Source: Carpediemonas membranifera BICM (Eukaryota; Protista; Fornicata). From it: DNA of 64,000 nt. Positions 54,131 through 64,000 of the stretch are shown in pieces. Under the pieces are notes generated by a model. That model was not told the origin of the DNA. It saw only the letters and a program-made list of their open reading frames with translations, and ran no database searches. The first letter of the stretch is position 1, and every line of letters starts with the position of its first letter. Location of the stretch: positions 423,605 to 487,604 of the forward strand of contig JAHDYR010000015.1 of the NCBI GenBank assembly GCA_019828565.1, read 5' to 3'. The translations under genes and the position numbers were made by a program.

Positions 54131-57100
54131 TCACTCTCTTCAATTTGTGAGCAGAACTTTGAATGAATCAAAACCAATTGTTCATTTTTTCGCTGAAAGA
54201 GCAATATCTGTATCTAATTCTGTATCTATAAATATATCTTGCGATATTGCTATCTATGGCCGTGGTAGGGTATGATAGCAACACGTTTCCCTTTCCAGAC
54301 CCGCCCCGCAGAGATCGCCGAGGTCACGGCTAACACGCTAGAGTCGAGAGTGCTCGCCTCTCAGAAGGAGCACGCTGACGAGAGACCCTCCAAGCACACC
54401 ATCGTCAACGGTGTCGTCAAGTATCACGGTCGCACATTCGTACCCGCCGACGCGCGTCGCGACGTCCTAGCCGAGGCCCACCGGCTGCACTTGGGCGTCA
54501 AGAAGACCGCTCAGGCCGTGCGTGACTTGGGTTACGACTGGCCACAGCTCGAACACACCGTATCCGACCTGATCAACGCCTGTTTGATCTGTCAGAAGAC
54601 CCGTCTGGCGAACTTCATCAAGCTGAAGATGGGCGCGACCCCGAGCAGCACACCATTCGAACGCGTAGCCGTCGACACGCTCGGCCCCATCTCAGAGGAC
54701 TCGGCCGGCAACCGGTATGTCGTCGTGATTACTGACACATTCACGCACTTTACTGAGCTCGTGCCAGCCCCCTCGAACAATGCAGACGCGGCTGCCGCCG
54801 CTATCTGGGCGTCTATCTGCCGCCACGGCATCCCGGCCATCCTGCACACAGACGGAGGCCCGGAATACGCCAACCGTATCATCACCGCTCTAACCGAGCG
54901 CTTATCGGTCACACACCACCGGACCACGCCTTTCCATCCGCAGTCGAACGGTCACGTCGAACGCGTCAATCGCGAAATCAAGCGCCACCTACGTACCCTA
55001 GCGCTGGCATTTAACTCCTTCGACGCATGGTCCACGACCCTACTGCCATATGTCGCGTGGATAATCAACAGCACGGTTCACAGCGCGACGGGGTTCACCC
55101 CGTTCGAGCTACTCTACGGCACACACGCTGCCGACCGGCAGATACCCCAGCCAGACAACAACGCCGAGGACGAGACCCCGCTTACCTCTGTCGCCGAATA
55201 CCTCACCGTCATGGACGCGCTCCTGGCCAAGCTCTGCCGCAAGGCTCACAAACGCCAGTCCAAGACTCGTGAGGGGAGGGCAGAGACGCAGTCGGTTCCA
55301 GTCAAGCCCGGTGATTACGTCTTGCGCAAGAACCACGCTGAAAGCAAGCTCCACGGCCACACCGGACCGTTCAAGGTCATTGAGGTCAACCCGTTCACGG
55401 CAGTCGTCGTACCGCTCCTCGCCAACGAACCGCGACGCACAGTCCACCTGTCCCACCTCATTCAGCTCAAGTCCGACCTCTCTTAGGGCGAGCTCGCCTA
55501 CTTCGCCGCTACAGACCAAGAGGAATGGTACGTTGAACGGATCGTCAAGTCCAAGCCCGGCTTCCTGCGCGTCAAGTGGCTCGGTAGCTCCGAGCTGTCC
55601 TGGGAGCCCATCGACGCCGTCCGCCACACTCCCGCCGCCAAGAAGTTCTTAGCCGCTCACCCCGAGCTGCTCAGGGAGGGCAGTGACGCATCCCCTGATT
55701 AAAACGAATTCTCGAATACCCGTCGTTTACGCCACAGTGCTTCCGAACAATGGAGGTAAGCTGCTCGATGCCGCACCTCTCGCCGACCCCGAACTGGTCG
55801 ACGAAGACTGACGTCTGAAGGTTTGGCAGGATCATGGTGGCCAGATTCTTGGCGGTTATACGCCTAAAAGCCTCACTCATGGCCACTGGACGCAGCTTGT
55901 TGTTCTTCTTGGGCACTGGGACGAGGATGGAGTGTGAGAAGATCGCGAAATCCGGGTCACCGTGCCATAGCCTGGCAGATGGGAAGGAGAGCAGTGAAGA
56001 AGGCACCGCGGAGCTCCCGGTACAGTGTACGAAGGTGAAGGAAGCTCCAGCCCGATGGGCCGGGTGCCTTGTCGCTCGGCAGCGACTTCAGGGTACGCTT
56101 GAGCGCCTTCTTGCTGATGGTGACGGTGCTCAGGGCCGTATCAGGGACATCATTCCAGTCAAACGCTTCCAGGCGATCTGCCGTTGGGCTCGCCTGGAGC
56201 CTGGCGAGCTCCCTGTCAATTTCGTCGTCTGACATTGTCTGCTCGACAGATGTCAGCGAATTCACAGCCCTTGATAGGTAACCGTCTTGCGCCATCCGCA
56301 AGACACGCTTGTGCCGGCGGGCCTTAGCTGGCACTGCGATGGTGCTCCCGCGGCGAGGTGGAGGTGAACAGTTAAGTGTCATTGGGTACCGGGCCAGACG
56401 CTCGATAGCTCCCAACTTGGCCGCCGGAGTGGCCTCAGCCAAATCAGAGAGCCGCGTGAGAGCTTCTCGAGCCCAACCGTAAGCCGCCCGCTTAGAGGGG
56501 GTAAGCTTGCCAACAAACAACGCGACCTTCGGGTGAGGAAGGACTGACGGAATGCGGGCCGTGCCATGAGCCCTTGGGAAGCCTTGCGATGCGGGAGGGG
56601 GCTGACTGGAGGTCTGACTGGTCGCCAAGACAACTGCACCACCACCAGATGGGTGGTCAGCAGCCTGGTTGATGGACGGAACGTCGTCGTCAACATCGCG
56701 TATCACAGAGCCTGGACTTGGCTGCGTCTGCGCCCTAGGGCTGCGCGTCGCTGATGACAAATCAGGGCTAGCCGGGGCTTGAGGCAGTGTCTGACGGGGG
56801 GCGGCAGTGAGTACGTCAGCAGGAAGCTGTTGTCTGGGGGGAATTGGGGGATCAGACGAGCCAAGTGGAGCGGCTCGTGAGGGGGGCGGACGAACGAAAA
56901 CGAACTCGTGCTCGATGTCTCTGATGAACTTGGAACAATAGCGCTGCACGCGTTCTACTGTTTTCATGGACCTGGCATCGGGGAACCACGCGGGTCGCTG
57001 CGGAAGGGCCGCATCCACCAGGATTACAAGCATATCGAAAAAGTCGCTGCACTTGATCCGCTTTCTAGTCGTCTTGAGAATGTCCTTCAAGATGTCCTCG

Positions 57101-57340
57101 TTCCTAAAGGTGTTAAGAACACCTTCTGGTGAGTCCCAAGTTTGAAGGAATGCTACTGGGATTTTCTCTCGGTAATCACGTTGAACTGCACGAAGGGTAT
57201 CGTTGAAGGCGGAAAACCGTTGCTCAACGTCCCTTATGGGTTCAGAGACGGATTCATAGGTTCATTGCCATCCGAATCGTCCTCCATGGGAACTTTTGAT
57301 GATCCGCTTTCGCACATATGTTTATTGACGAATCGGTCAG

Positions 57341-58510
57341 TCCACAAAGTGTGGCTCTATAACAGAGGATGTCTGACACATCCGCACTAGCTCATCCGCT
57401 GTGCAAACCAAGCACCTCGCGTGGTGAGTGCCAATCGAGTTTTGCGAATCTCGACAGCCGGTCCGCCTGGACATTGAGGTGCCCTGCGATGTGGAAGCAG
57501 TGTATGTCGACGTTCTTCGTGTTTGCGGTGGTGAAGATGTCCTGCAGGAGACGAAGGGCCGAGTCGTCGAGGCATGGGGAGCCCTGGCGATTGACCCATG
57601 CGATGGCCGCCGTGTTGTCCGAGAAAATGGCTAGTTGGGTCCTGGTGCGCTGGGTTGGGGTGAGCTTGATAGCCTGGCCAATCGCATAGAGCTCCTTGAC
57701 TCCGATATGAGAGTCTCGGAACTCGGGAGGAAAGCGGCCTTGAGCCGAGCGGCCCTGGTCGCCGTTGAATAGGCAGACGCCACACGCGAAGGAGGACGCG
57801 TCGGATGCGACCGAGAGCTGGAGTTCGTCCCTGATCTCCCAGTCTGCCCTGGCCTGAGCGAAGGGTCTGGATGGACGATCTCTGAGAAGCGCTAGCCAGC
57901 TGTTGAGCTGGCGACGCATCTGCTGCGAGATGTGTAGCGTCGAGGCGGGATGTAGGGCCGGAAGTGATCTGAGCTGGAGCCTGGCGAACTGTGTCGTACT
58001 TGCGAAGAACGAGAGGCGGCCTAGTAGGCGTTGCCACTCGGTTGCATCGATCCTGCCGGCCCTGAGGGCCTGCTTGATTGATGTTGCATAGCGATCGGCT
58101 CTGTCCTTGGAAATCTGCAGCGTCTCGGCGGCTGTGTCGATGATGACCCCTAGGTACTCCAGGCGTTGTGTGGGAGTTAGGATGCACTTGTTGAGCCCTG
58201 GGATAGCTCCCAGCGACCTCATGAGCGCGACTATTTGGGGAGCGGCGTCTGCTAGGTGGCGACGTGACCGATGTGAGATGAGAAAGTCGTAGAGGTACAC
58301 CGCTATTGTCACGTTGAAGCGGTTCGCGAGTATCCTTGTTAGCTGGATGGACGTAGACTGGAACACAAACGGGGCAGCGGTCCAGCCGAACCCTAGTGTG
58401 TTGTATCTGTACGCCTGCCCGTTCGGGAGGACGATCCCCAGTAGCGTGGAGTCGGTCGGAGCCACACCCATCTGGTGGTAGCCGGAGGCTAAGTCGATCT
58501 TGAGCATGAA
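57341..58510 (-). pseudogene. Y5: deleted remnant of a Y4-like element (partial RT/RNase H)
   Basis: KIDLASGYHQ...LGFGW...YLYD (catalytic Asp lost)...ASDAS...ADRLSRFAKLDW, highly similar to the Y4 protein. Confidence 0.88.
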
Positions 58511-59452
58511 TTGCCTCGTCCTAGCACTCTGGAGGAAGCAGCGGCGAGCGGCATTCCTCAACCGGTTTCGCGAGCTTTCGTCCTCAAGATGAGTGAGTAA
58601 CTGCTCTAGAAGCCCCGAAAAGACGGGATCCAATGCGACTTGTGCTTTTCGAGGCATTGTATCGGCCAAAAAAAAGGAAATATCGTCGAAGAAGCTAGAT
58701 GATAGCTGATTTACTCTGTAGATGATGCCCAGTGGGCGCGAAATGATGTTGTTTAGCTTCAAAGACCGTATTGGTTGTGCTTCAGTGGCGTGGCGACGGC
58801 TGATGAACAAAAAAGCCATATCTCGCCAACGAAGCCCCGTTGAGCCTTCTAATGGCCATTTTCGAGCACTAGGTAAGAGTAACGGTAATGGGGCCTCCTG
58901 CCCAAGACAAACACGATGCTCGTTCAATTGTGTCCAACGATTTACGTTGCGGATTTATGGTAAGGTATACCCTTAACAATTGTACCCTAGGGGTACGGAG
59001 GGGCAGTAAGATACCTTTTTCTCATGATATAGCATGCTTACACAGCGGTACCGCGCATATGACGACCGATTTCTTGATTATATTGATACTGGCGCTGACC
59101 ACGCCCCGGCAGCGGCCTTAAGGTCTTTTAGGGACCAGGACGCTGCAGCGGATTATCCGGCTATGTGATTCTTCACTAGCCACGGTTTACAACGACCCAG
59201 AATTGGGTGCGTTATCCGGCGGCCCGGTTCTCCGGCTTCTTCGGTTTCTCCGCGACCCCGGCGTTCTCGCCGGCGAACCGCGTTAGGCAGGCCCCCACTG
59301 TGGGTCATATGAGCAACCAGCAGTCATGCTCAGTCGAGCATTGGGGGGCAGTGTCAGCCTATATATATTTATATGGGTCCTCTTTGGTCAGTCGACACCT
59401 ATTGTGTCGACTTCTCTCTCTTGTAAACTCAGTTCTTGCAAAAGGGACTACA
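58511..59452 (+). mobile_element. G7: 3' remnant of a gypsy element related to G1/G3
   Basis: PPT GGGGGGCAG, then probable 101-bp LTR TGTCAGCC...GACTACA (59352-59452) containing the TCGACAC/GTGTCGA hairpin; shares upstream motifs with G1, G3 and G4. Confidence 0.8.
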
Positions 59453-60704
59453 GTGCAGTCCGTGAACTCTCCTTGAGGTGTCCAGGCTCTGGTTGAGCAT
59501 CGCCACTGGTAGGTCGCGGGCCAGGAGTCCGTGGCGGAACCCCTTAATCTCCTTCCGATATGGATCATAGATGATCGCTCCGGCCTCCGAATAAATCTCG
59601 TCCACTCCTCTGTCGTCCTTGGGGGTGCCCACTGAATCCACGTCGACTGAGCATAGCCAAACCTTAGTCTTGTCCGTACCTTCCGTGTGGTCTTCCTCTA
59701 GGGTGGACACTGCGTTCAGGTCCTCCATGGGGGGAGGGCTTGGCTTGCAGTACACGTTGTCCGCATCGTCGCCCAGGGTGGCCGAGATGTCCACCGTGAG
59801 GGGGGTACGTTTCCTGGCTGATTCCTCCGGGGATTCCTCCCCCGACCCCTCCGCGTCCTCAGTGGTCGTCCTTGTCCGTATTGGCTTGGGCCAGAGCTTC
59901 GGCCTTGATCTTCTTGTAGATGTCCAAGTCGCCGATGTGTCCTCCGTCCGGGAGCTCCTCCGTGTCCAGTGTGATTGGATCCGAGTAGCCCGCCACCCAT
60001 AGGGCGCGGAACTGCGTGAATGAGCTTCTCACCGTGATGTCCTGGGTTTCCCTCGTGAATGTGGTGTCCGGTGTGTCCGAGTGAGCGCTGTACACGACTC
60101 TGTATACTGTCTCTCCGTTCTTATTGAGTCCGATCGCGATCCTGGTGGGTGCGGTGTGGTTCTTGTCGTCATTGTCTCAGAGGTCCACGTCATGGATGAC
60201 CCTGTAGTGGGGGTCGCCCTTCTCATCCGTCCATAGCAGCCTGGCGGGCTGTCCCTCTCCCAGGGCGATGCCCGTTGCCGGGCCTGTCCACTTGAGCGCT
60301 CCACTCTTCTTCGGAATGCCAGCCCAGATCGCCTCCCTTGCCGGGCCGTCCGTAACTCCGGGGATGGCGGCTCCATCCGAGATTGCCCTGGTCAGACAGT
60401 CGTACAGTTCTTCGATAGCGTTCACTCCGTGTACGTTGTCGAGGATCGGGTTTTGGGTGATGGTGTGATGTCCGCATGCTCTGAGGATGTTGCCAATACG
60501 GCCACAGAGCTCCTTGTATCCGGTAGTCCTGGTGTTGAAGGATTTCATCCCCTTCTCCGTGAGTGCAGGTAGTATCAGCGTCTTGCCATCCGTTGTTTCT
60601 ACCTTGTCCGATATCTCCTTGTCCGTGCTGTTGCGAATCCTCTCCCAAAAACCGTCCACTTCCTTCCGAATGCCATCCTTTGGATCTAGTCCTATTAAGA
60701 CCAT
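59453..60704 (-). pseudogene. Decayed ORF of unknown function, cut by G7
   Basis: ORFs 60177-60704 and 59859-60095 are in one frame across a TGA; a frameshift continues into 59429-59794. Confidence 0.4.
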
Positions 60705-61045
60705 TGCTTCTGAGTTGCGAAAATTTTGGGGGAAAAAAAATTCCTAACCATCATGCCCATGACTCTTGGCGCAATCAATGTGAAGGCGAGAGCGGGACGT
60801 AAGCAGCTCCTGCGAACGGCCGAAGCGATTGCCGCCCGATTCCACCTATCAACGCAAGGCCGCGGTCTCTTCCGGGCCTTGAAGAAGAAGAAGAAGTTTA
60901 GATGGTGCTGTGATTCTCACCCCGTGCCTTCTTGCTCCCATTTTCCTGGCCTAAGGTTAACCGGGGCACTCCTGGCTCTCTCAGTGCTCTCTTCCGGGCC
61001 TTCCCCGCAATCCTGCACGATTTCATTTCCTCCATTAGGACGCTT

Positions 61046-61490
61046 ATGGCAGTTCAGGCCGGAGCGATGGCTGTAGCTGGGATTCCCCCGATCAATTCAG
61101 CCAATTGGACTCGGTTCTACGACTGGATTGACGCAGCAAGGCCAGCCCTCTCCCCCATCACCCTCGAGCCTCTCACCACCGCCATCACCACCCACTGGCC
61201 CTGGAGCGTGATCACCTCTCAGGCGAAGCGCCAGCGAGATCCCATAGGACCGGTAGCTGCGAACAACGGCAGGCCTGGGCCGCTAGTAGCCAGCTGTGGA
61301 CTGGACATGACGCCGCTTCTCGGCCTGAATGTTATCCATCTCCTGTACGGCGCATCGCCGGCGGTCAGCCGCCCCGACCTCACTGACTTGTTCATAGAAT
61401 GGGGTGGTGGTAACCCAGCTGAGGTTGCAGCCTGGCTCCCCTCCGAGCCCCATATCCCCTCTCAGATTGATAGTCGCACGTCCCCAGGAA
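61046..61490 (+). pseudogene. Truncated ORF antisense to G8 pol, possibly an accessory gene
   Basis: ATG-initiated ORF (MAVQAGAMAVAGIPP...) joined to the G8 RNase H at an apparent deletion junction. Confidence 0.35.
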
Positions 61491-63300
61491 GGTTCAAGTC
61501 CCGGCGTTTCCTAAGAAACATCAAGTTCTTGTGGTCAGTCTCGATCAACAGATCGCGTTGCATGCGGAATAGTGGCGCGAAATCCTTCCTCGTTAGACAA
61601 GCGATAATCCCGAACAACTCTTGCTCATATGTGGACCATCGACGTTGTGTCTCGTCATATGACCCTGCGAAGAAGCTAACAATGTGCCACTCTCCGTCCT
61701 CTGCATGCTGGTATAGCACCCCACCATATCCGTCCTCGCTGGCATCGGTCTGCAGACGCCAAGGCCGGTTAACATCGGGGAAGGTAAGTGTAAGGTTCTT
61801 TTGCACCTCCTCCTTGAACCTCTGCACCGCCTCTTCTTGCTCGTGGCCCCAGACTCTGTCGCTTCCTTGCTTCCTCAGGGTGTTCAACGGGGCGAGCAGC
61901 CGTGACGAGTCCTTCACGAATCTAGACACGTAGTTGAATGATCCGAGCAGTCTGCCAAGCTCCTTCAGCGTGGTTGGACGTTGCATGTCATCTATGGCTG
62001 CTATCCTGTCTTTCGAGAGACGCATGCCAGTCGCGTCGAGCATGTACCCGACGACTTCGATCGAGGGGGCACCGAGGGTGCACTTTGGGGCTTTCAGTCT
62101 GAGTCGTTTCTCTCTGCAGACCTGAAGCGCAGCTATCGCGTAGGAGGTTCAAGAACCTTTCTCCGTCCTTCGCGTAAAGCATTATATCGTCAAGGTAGAT
62201 CGCTGCACCTTTGTGCAGTACTGGGGCGAACGCCATGTCCATGGCGCGTTGGAATCGAGAAGGGGCATTTTTCAACCCGAAGGGGCAACGAAGGAACTCT
62301 TCGTAGGCATCAGGAGTGACGAATGCAGTCTTCGGCACGTTGTCAGCGGCCATGCGCATCTGGTAATAGCCCTGTCTTAAGTCGAGGCTCCCATAGAACT
62401 TCGATCCGGCTGCCTCCCGTACGTACGTTCTGATGTCCGGGAGAGGGTACTTGTCGGTCTTCGTTATGTCATTGAGAGCCTTGAAGTCTACACAAAGGCG
62501 GATCTTCTTCGAGCCCTTGTGGCCACCCTGTACCACCACTACCGGTGAGGAGTACGGGCCCTGACTCGGCTGTATAAAGCCTTGTTCTCTGAGTCGGTCA
62601 AGCTCTTCTCTGACTAGGCCACGCTTCTCGTCAGAAAGAGGGCGCGCCTTAGCGTGCGGGAACGCGTTCTCCATGAGCTCAATCGTCATTTCCTCGAGCA
62701 AAGAGCCTTCCGGTGGTAGTTCTGGATCGAACACGTCGTCATACTCCTTACAGATCTCCTTGATCCTACTGGAAATCTCCGAATCTGGAATATTGATGGT
62801 GTTAATGTCTTCCGGGGCTTCCTCGACGGCGCAAACTTCTTCTATGTGTTCGCACAGCACGCAGAGATACTGATTCGAGGCAAGGTAGTCTTTCTTCTTC
62901 CCGTCGTCTCTCTTGAACGCAATATGGAGGCCATCATCTGAGAGCCATCCGAGGGAGCGCATGGTGAAGGTGCCAAGGAGCATCTTGTCTTCTTCTCCAG
63001 GCAATATGTAAAATCGTTGTCGGATGACCAGGGCGGCTGTCTCCAGCTCGGGTAGCTCAATGGTCAGGTCCACCGCTTCTTCTGCTGTGAGTAGCTGGTG
63101 TCCCGCCGTCCTGACGAGGAACTTTGGGCATCTCGTTGTCGGTAAGTGCGGGTGTTCTCTCTTCAACTTCCCGACGAGCCCTCGGCTAATAAACGCCTTT
63201 CCTGAGCCAGTATCTATCGTAATGAGGTACTTGGAGCCATTTATCACGGCTTCCGTCTTCAGAACCTCTTCATCCTCTTCGAAAGAAAGAAAGAAAAGAA
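61490..63300 (-). pseudogene. G8: gypsy pol remnant (protease, RT, RNase H) related to G2
   Basis: IDTGSG, GHKGSKKIRLC, LDLRQGYYQ/YLDD, QTDAS, TYEQEL, ETDH; no gag, integrase or LTR seen. Confidence 0.9.
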
Positions 63301-63329
63301 AGAAATTTATGGTGCTTGGATTCTGACCC

Positions 63330-63643
63330 CGGACTGAGCTTGTTTCCCGTTGTCTTGGAGCTGAGTGCCCCGGGGTACTGCCTATTTCCCGTGGCAAACT
63401 GGTCAGCAGCGTTTGCCTTGGGCTTTCGGTGCTACTGTCTCCGCGGAAAGCCGATTCCAATCGCCCCAGAGGCCCTGCGGCCATCTCCGTGCAAATATGC
63501 TTTCCTGTCTCCCTGAAAGTCCGGCAACTATCCGGGGAGCCTGGGGGTCTGTCCTCGGGGCATTGACAGGCAGGATCGTCCTGCAGAACCTTGACTATGA
63601 CACTCCTTGCTTCCCTGCAGTCCTTGTAGAGCCGTTCAGCCAC
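63330..63643 (-). pseudogene. Possible non-LTR C-terminal zinc-finger remnant
   Basis: DPACQC...RETGKHICTE resembles the C..C...ET..H...C motif of LINE ORF2 tails. Confidence 0.3.
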
Positions 63644-64000
63644 GGCACCCTCTCGTCTGTCCGGTTCCCCAATTCCATGCCCCCTCGACTCTGTTAAGAA
63701 GCCTACCCGAAGGCGGGGAAAGTGACTAAGTCCATGCTGTCTACCCCGGTTAGGTGGCGTGGGTCAGGGCATGGGTGGTGTACCCCCAGGCACTAGGCCT
63801 GGTTGTCCTGTTACCCCTTACAACATTTCGCTTGCACTACATGTCCTTGGTTTCCCATGTCGTTAACAAGGGCGGCAGGGGCACCTGTGCCCCTCCGACC
63901 CCCGTGGCCAGTCCCTGCAGTTTCCTTGGGGTCCCAACGAGTGGTGCAACCATATGAATATGGATTTCCTTGACCTTATCCTTGCTCTGTCCTTGTTGCA

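Larger units (their letters stand above)
52680..54204 (-). mobile_element. IS630/Tc1-mariner superfamily DNA transposon inserted in the G6 5' LTR
   Basis: TA duplication (52678-79, 54205-06) relative to the uninterrupted LTR; imperfect ~37-bp TIRs TTGCTCTTT...AAAAATGAACA...TTTTGATT. Confidence 0.95.
48233..54283 (-). mobile_element. G6: full-length Ty3/gypsy chromodomain element
   Basis: 160-bp LTRs at 48233-48392 and 52597-52679 + 54207-54283; TSD CGTT; removing it restores ADFLSRFPFQ in G5 pol. Confidence 0.97.
44766..55736 (+). mobile_element. G5: Ty3/gypsy element with 53-bp LTRs, interrupted by G6
   Basis: LTRs 44766-44818 and 55684-55736 (1 mismatch), TSD GTGC, PPT AGGGAGGGCAG; gag from 44836; KLDPAA protease-like motif; LDLRQGFHQ/YIDD; integrase 54288-55486; chromodomain after 55486. 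Confidence 0.95.
42919..57287 (-). mobile_element. R-B: second RLE-type non-LTR family, interrupted by G5 (several frameshifts)
   Basis: N-terminus MEDDSDGNEP similar to R-A MEGNSGGNEL; RT split at 44765/55737; YQDD in 43712-44830; RLE in 42919-43582. Confidence 0.92.

Noticed and set aside
61988-63643. Novel N-terminal domain fused to G8 protease-RT
   Set aside because: Composition changes abruptly near 63300-63330 and there is no gag knuckle or LTR; likely a rearrangement junction between unrelated remnants

Overview
This is eukaryotic DNA, probably from a protist (standard code, very short UTRs). It is almost entirely nested mobile elements, and the only host gene I recognise is a tRNA-Leu(AAG). 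It contains: (1) eight Ty3/gypsy LTR retrotransposon copies or remnants (G1-G8) with very short LTRs (53-160 bp) and 4-bp TSDs, with chromodomain integrases where the 3' end survives; (2) five minus-strand DIRS-order tyrosine-recombinase retrotransposons (Y1-Y5), one with a complete PAT-type split-direct-repeat structure; (3) two families of single-ORF non-LTR elements with a restriction-like endonuclease (R-A, R-B), whose 5' ends abut tRNA-Leu 3'-end sequence; (4) an IS630/Tc1-like DNA transposon with a second gene; and (5) a ~4.5-kb tandem duplication. The strongest candidate for a new system is priming. All six observable 5' LTRs lack a tRNA primer-binding site and instead carry a perfect 12-14 bp palindrome starting exactly at the terminal A of the LTR, in five different sequences. 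This suggests tRNA-independent priming. A subset of the same elements also carries a conserved antisense accessory gene ending in a second, divergent chromodomain. Many single-base frameshifts fall in homopolymers and may be sequencing errors.
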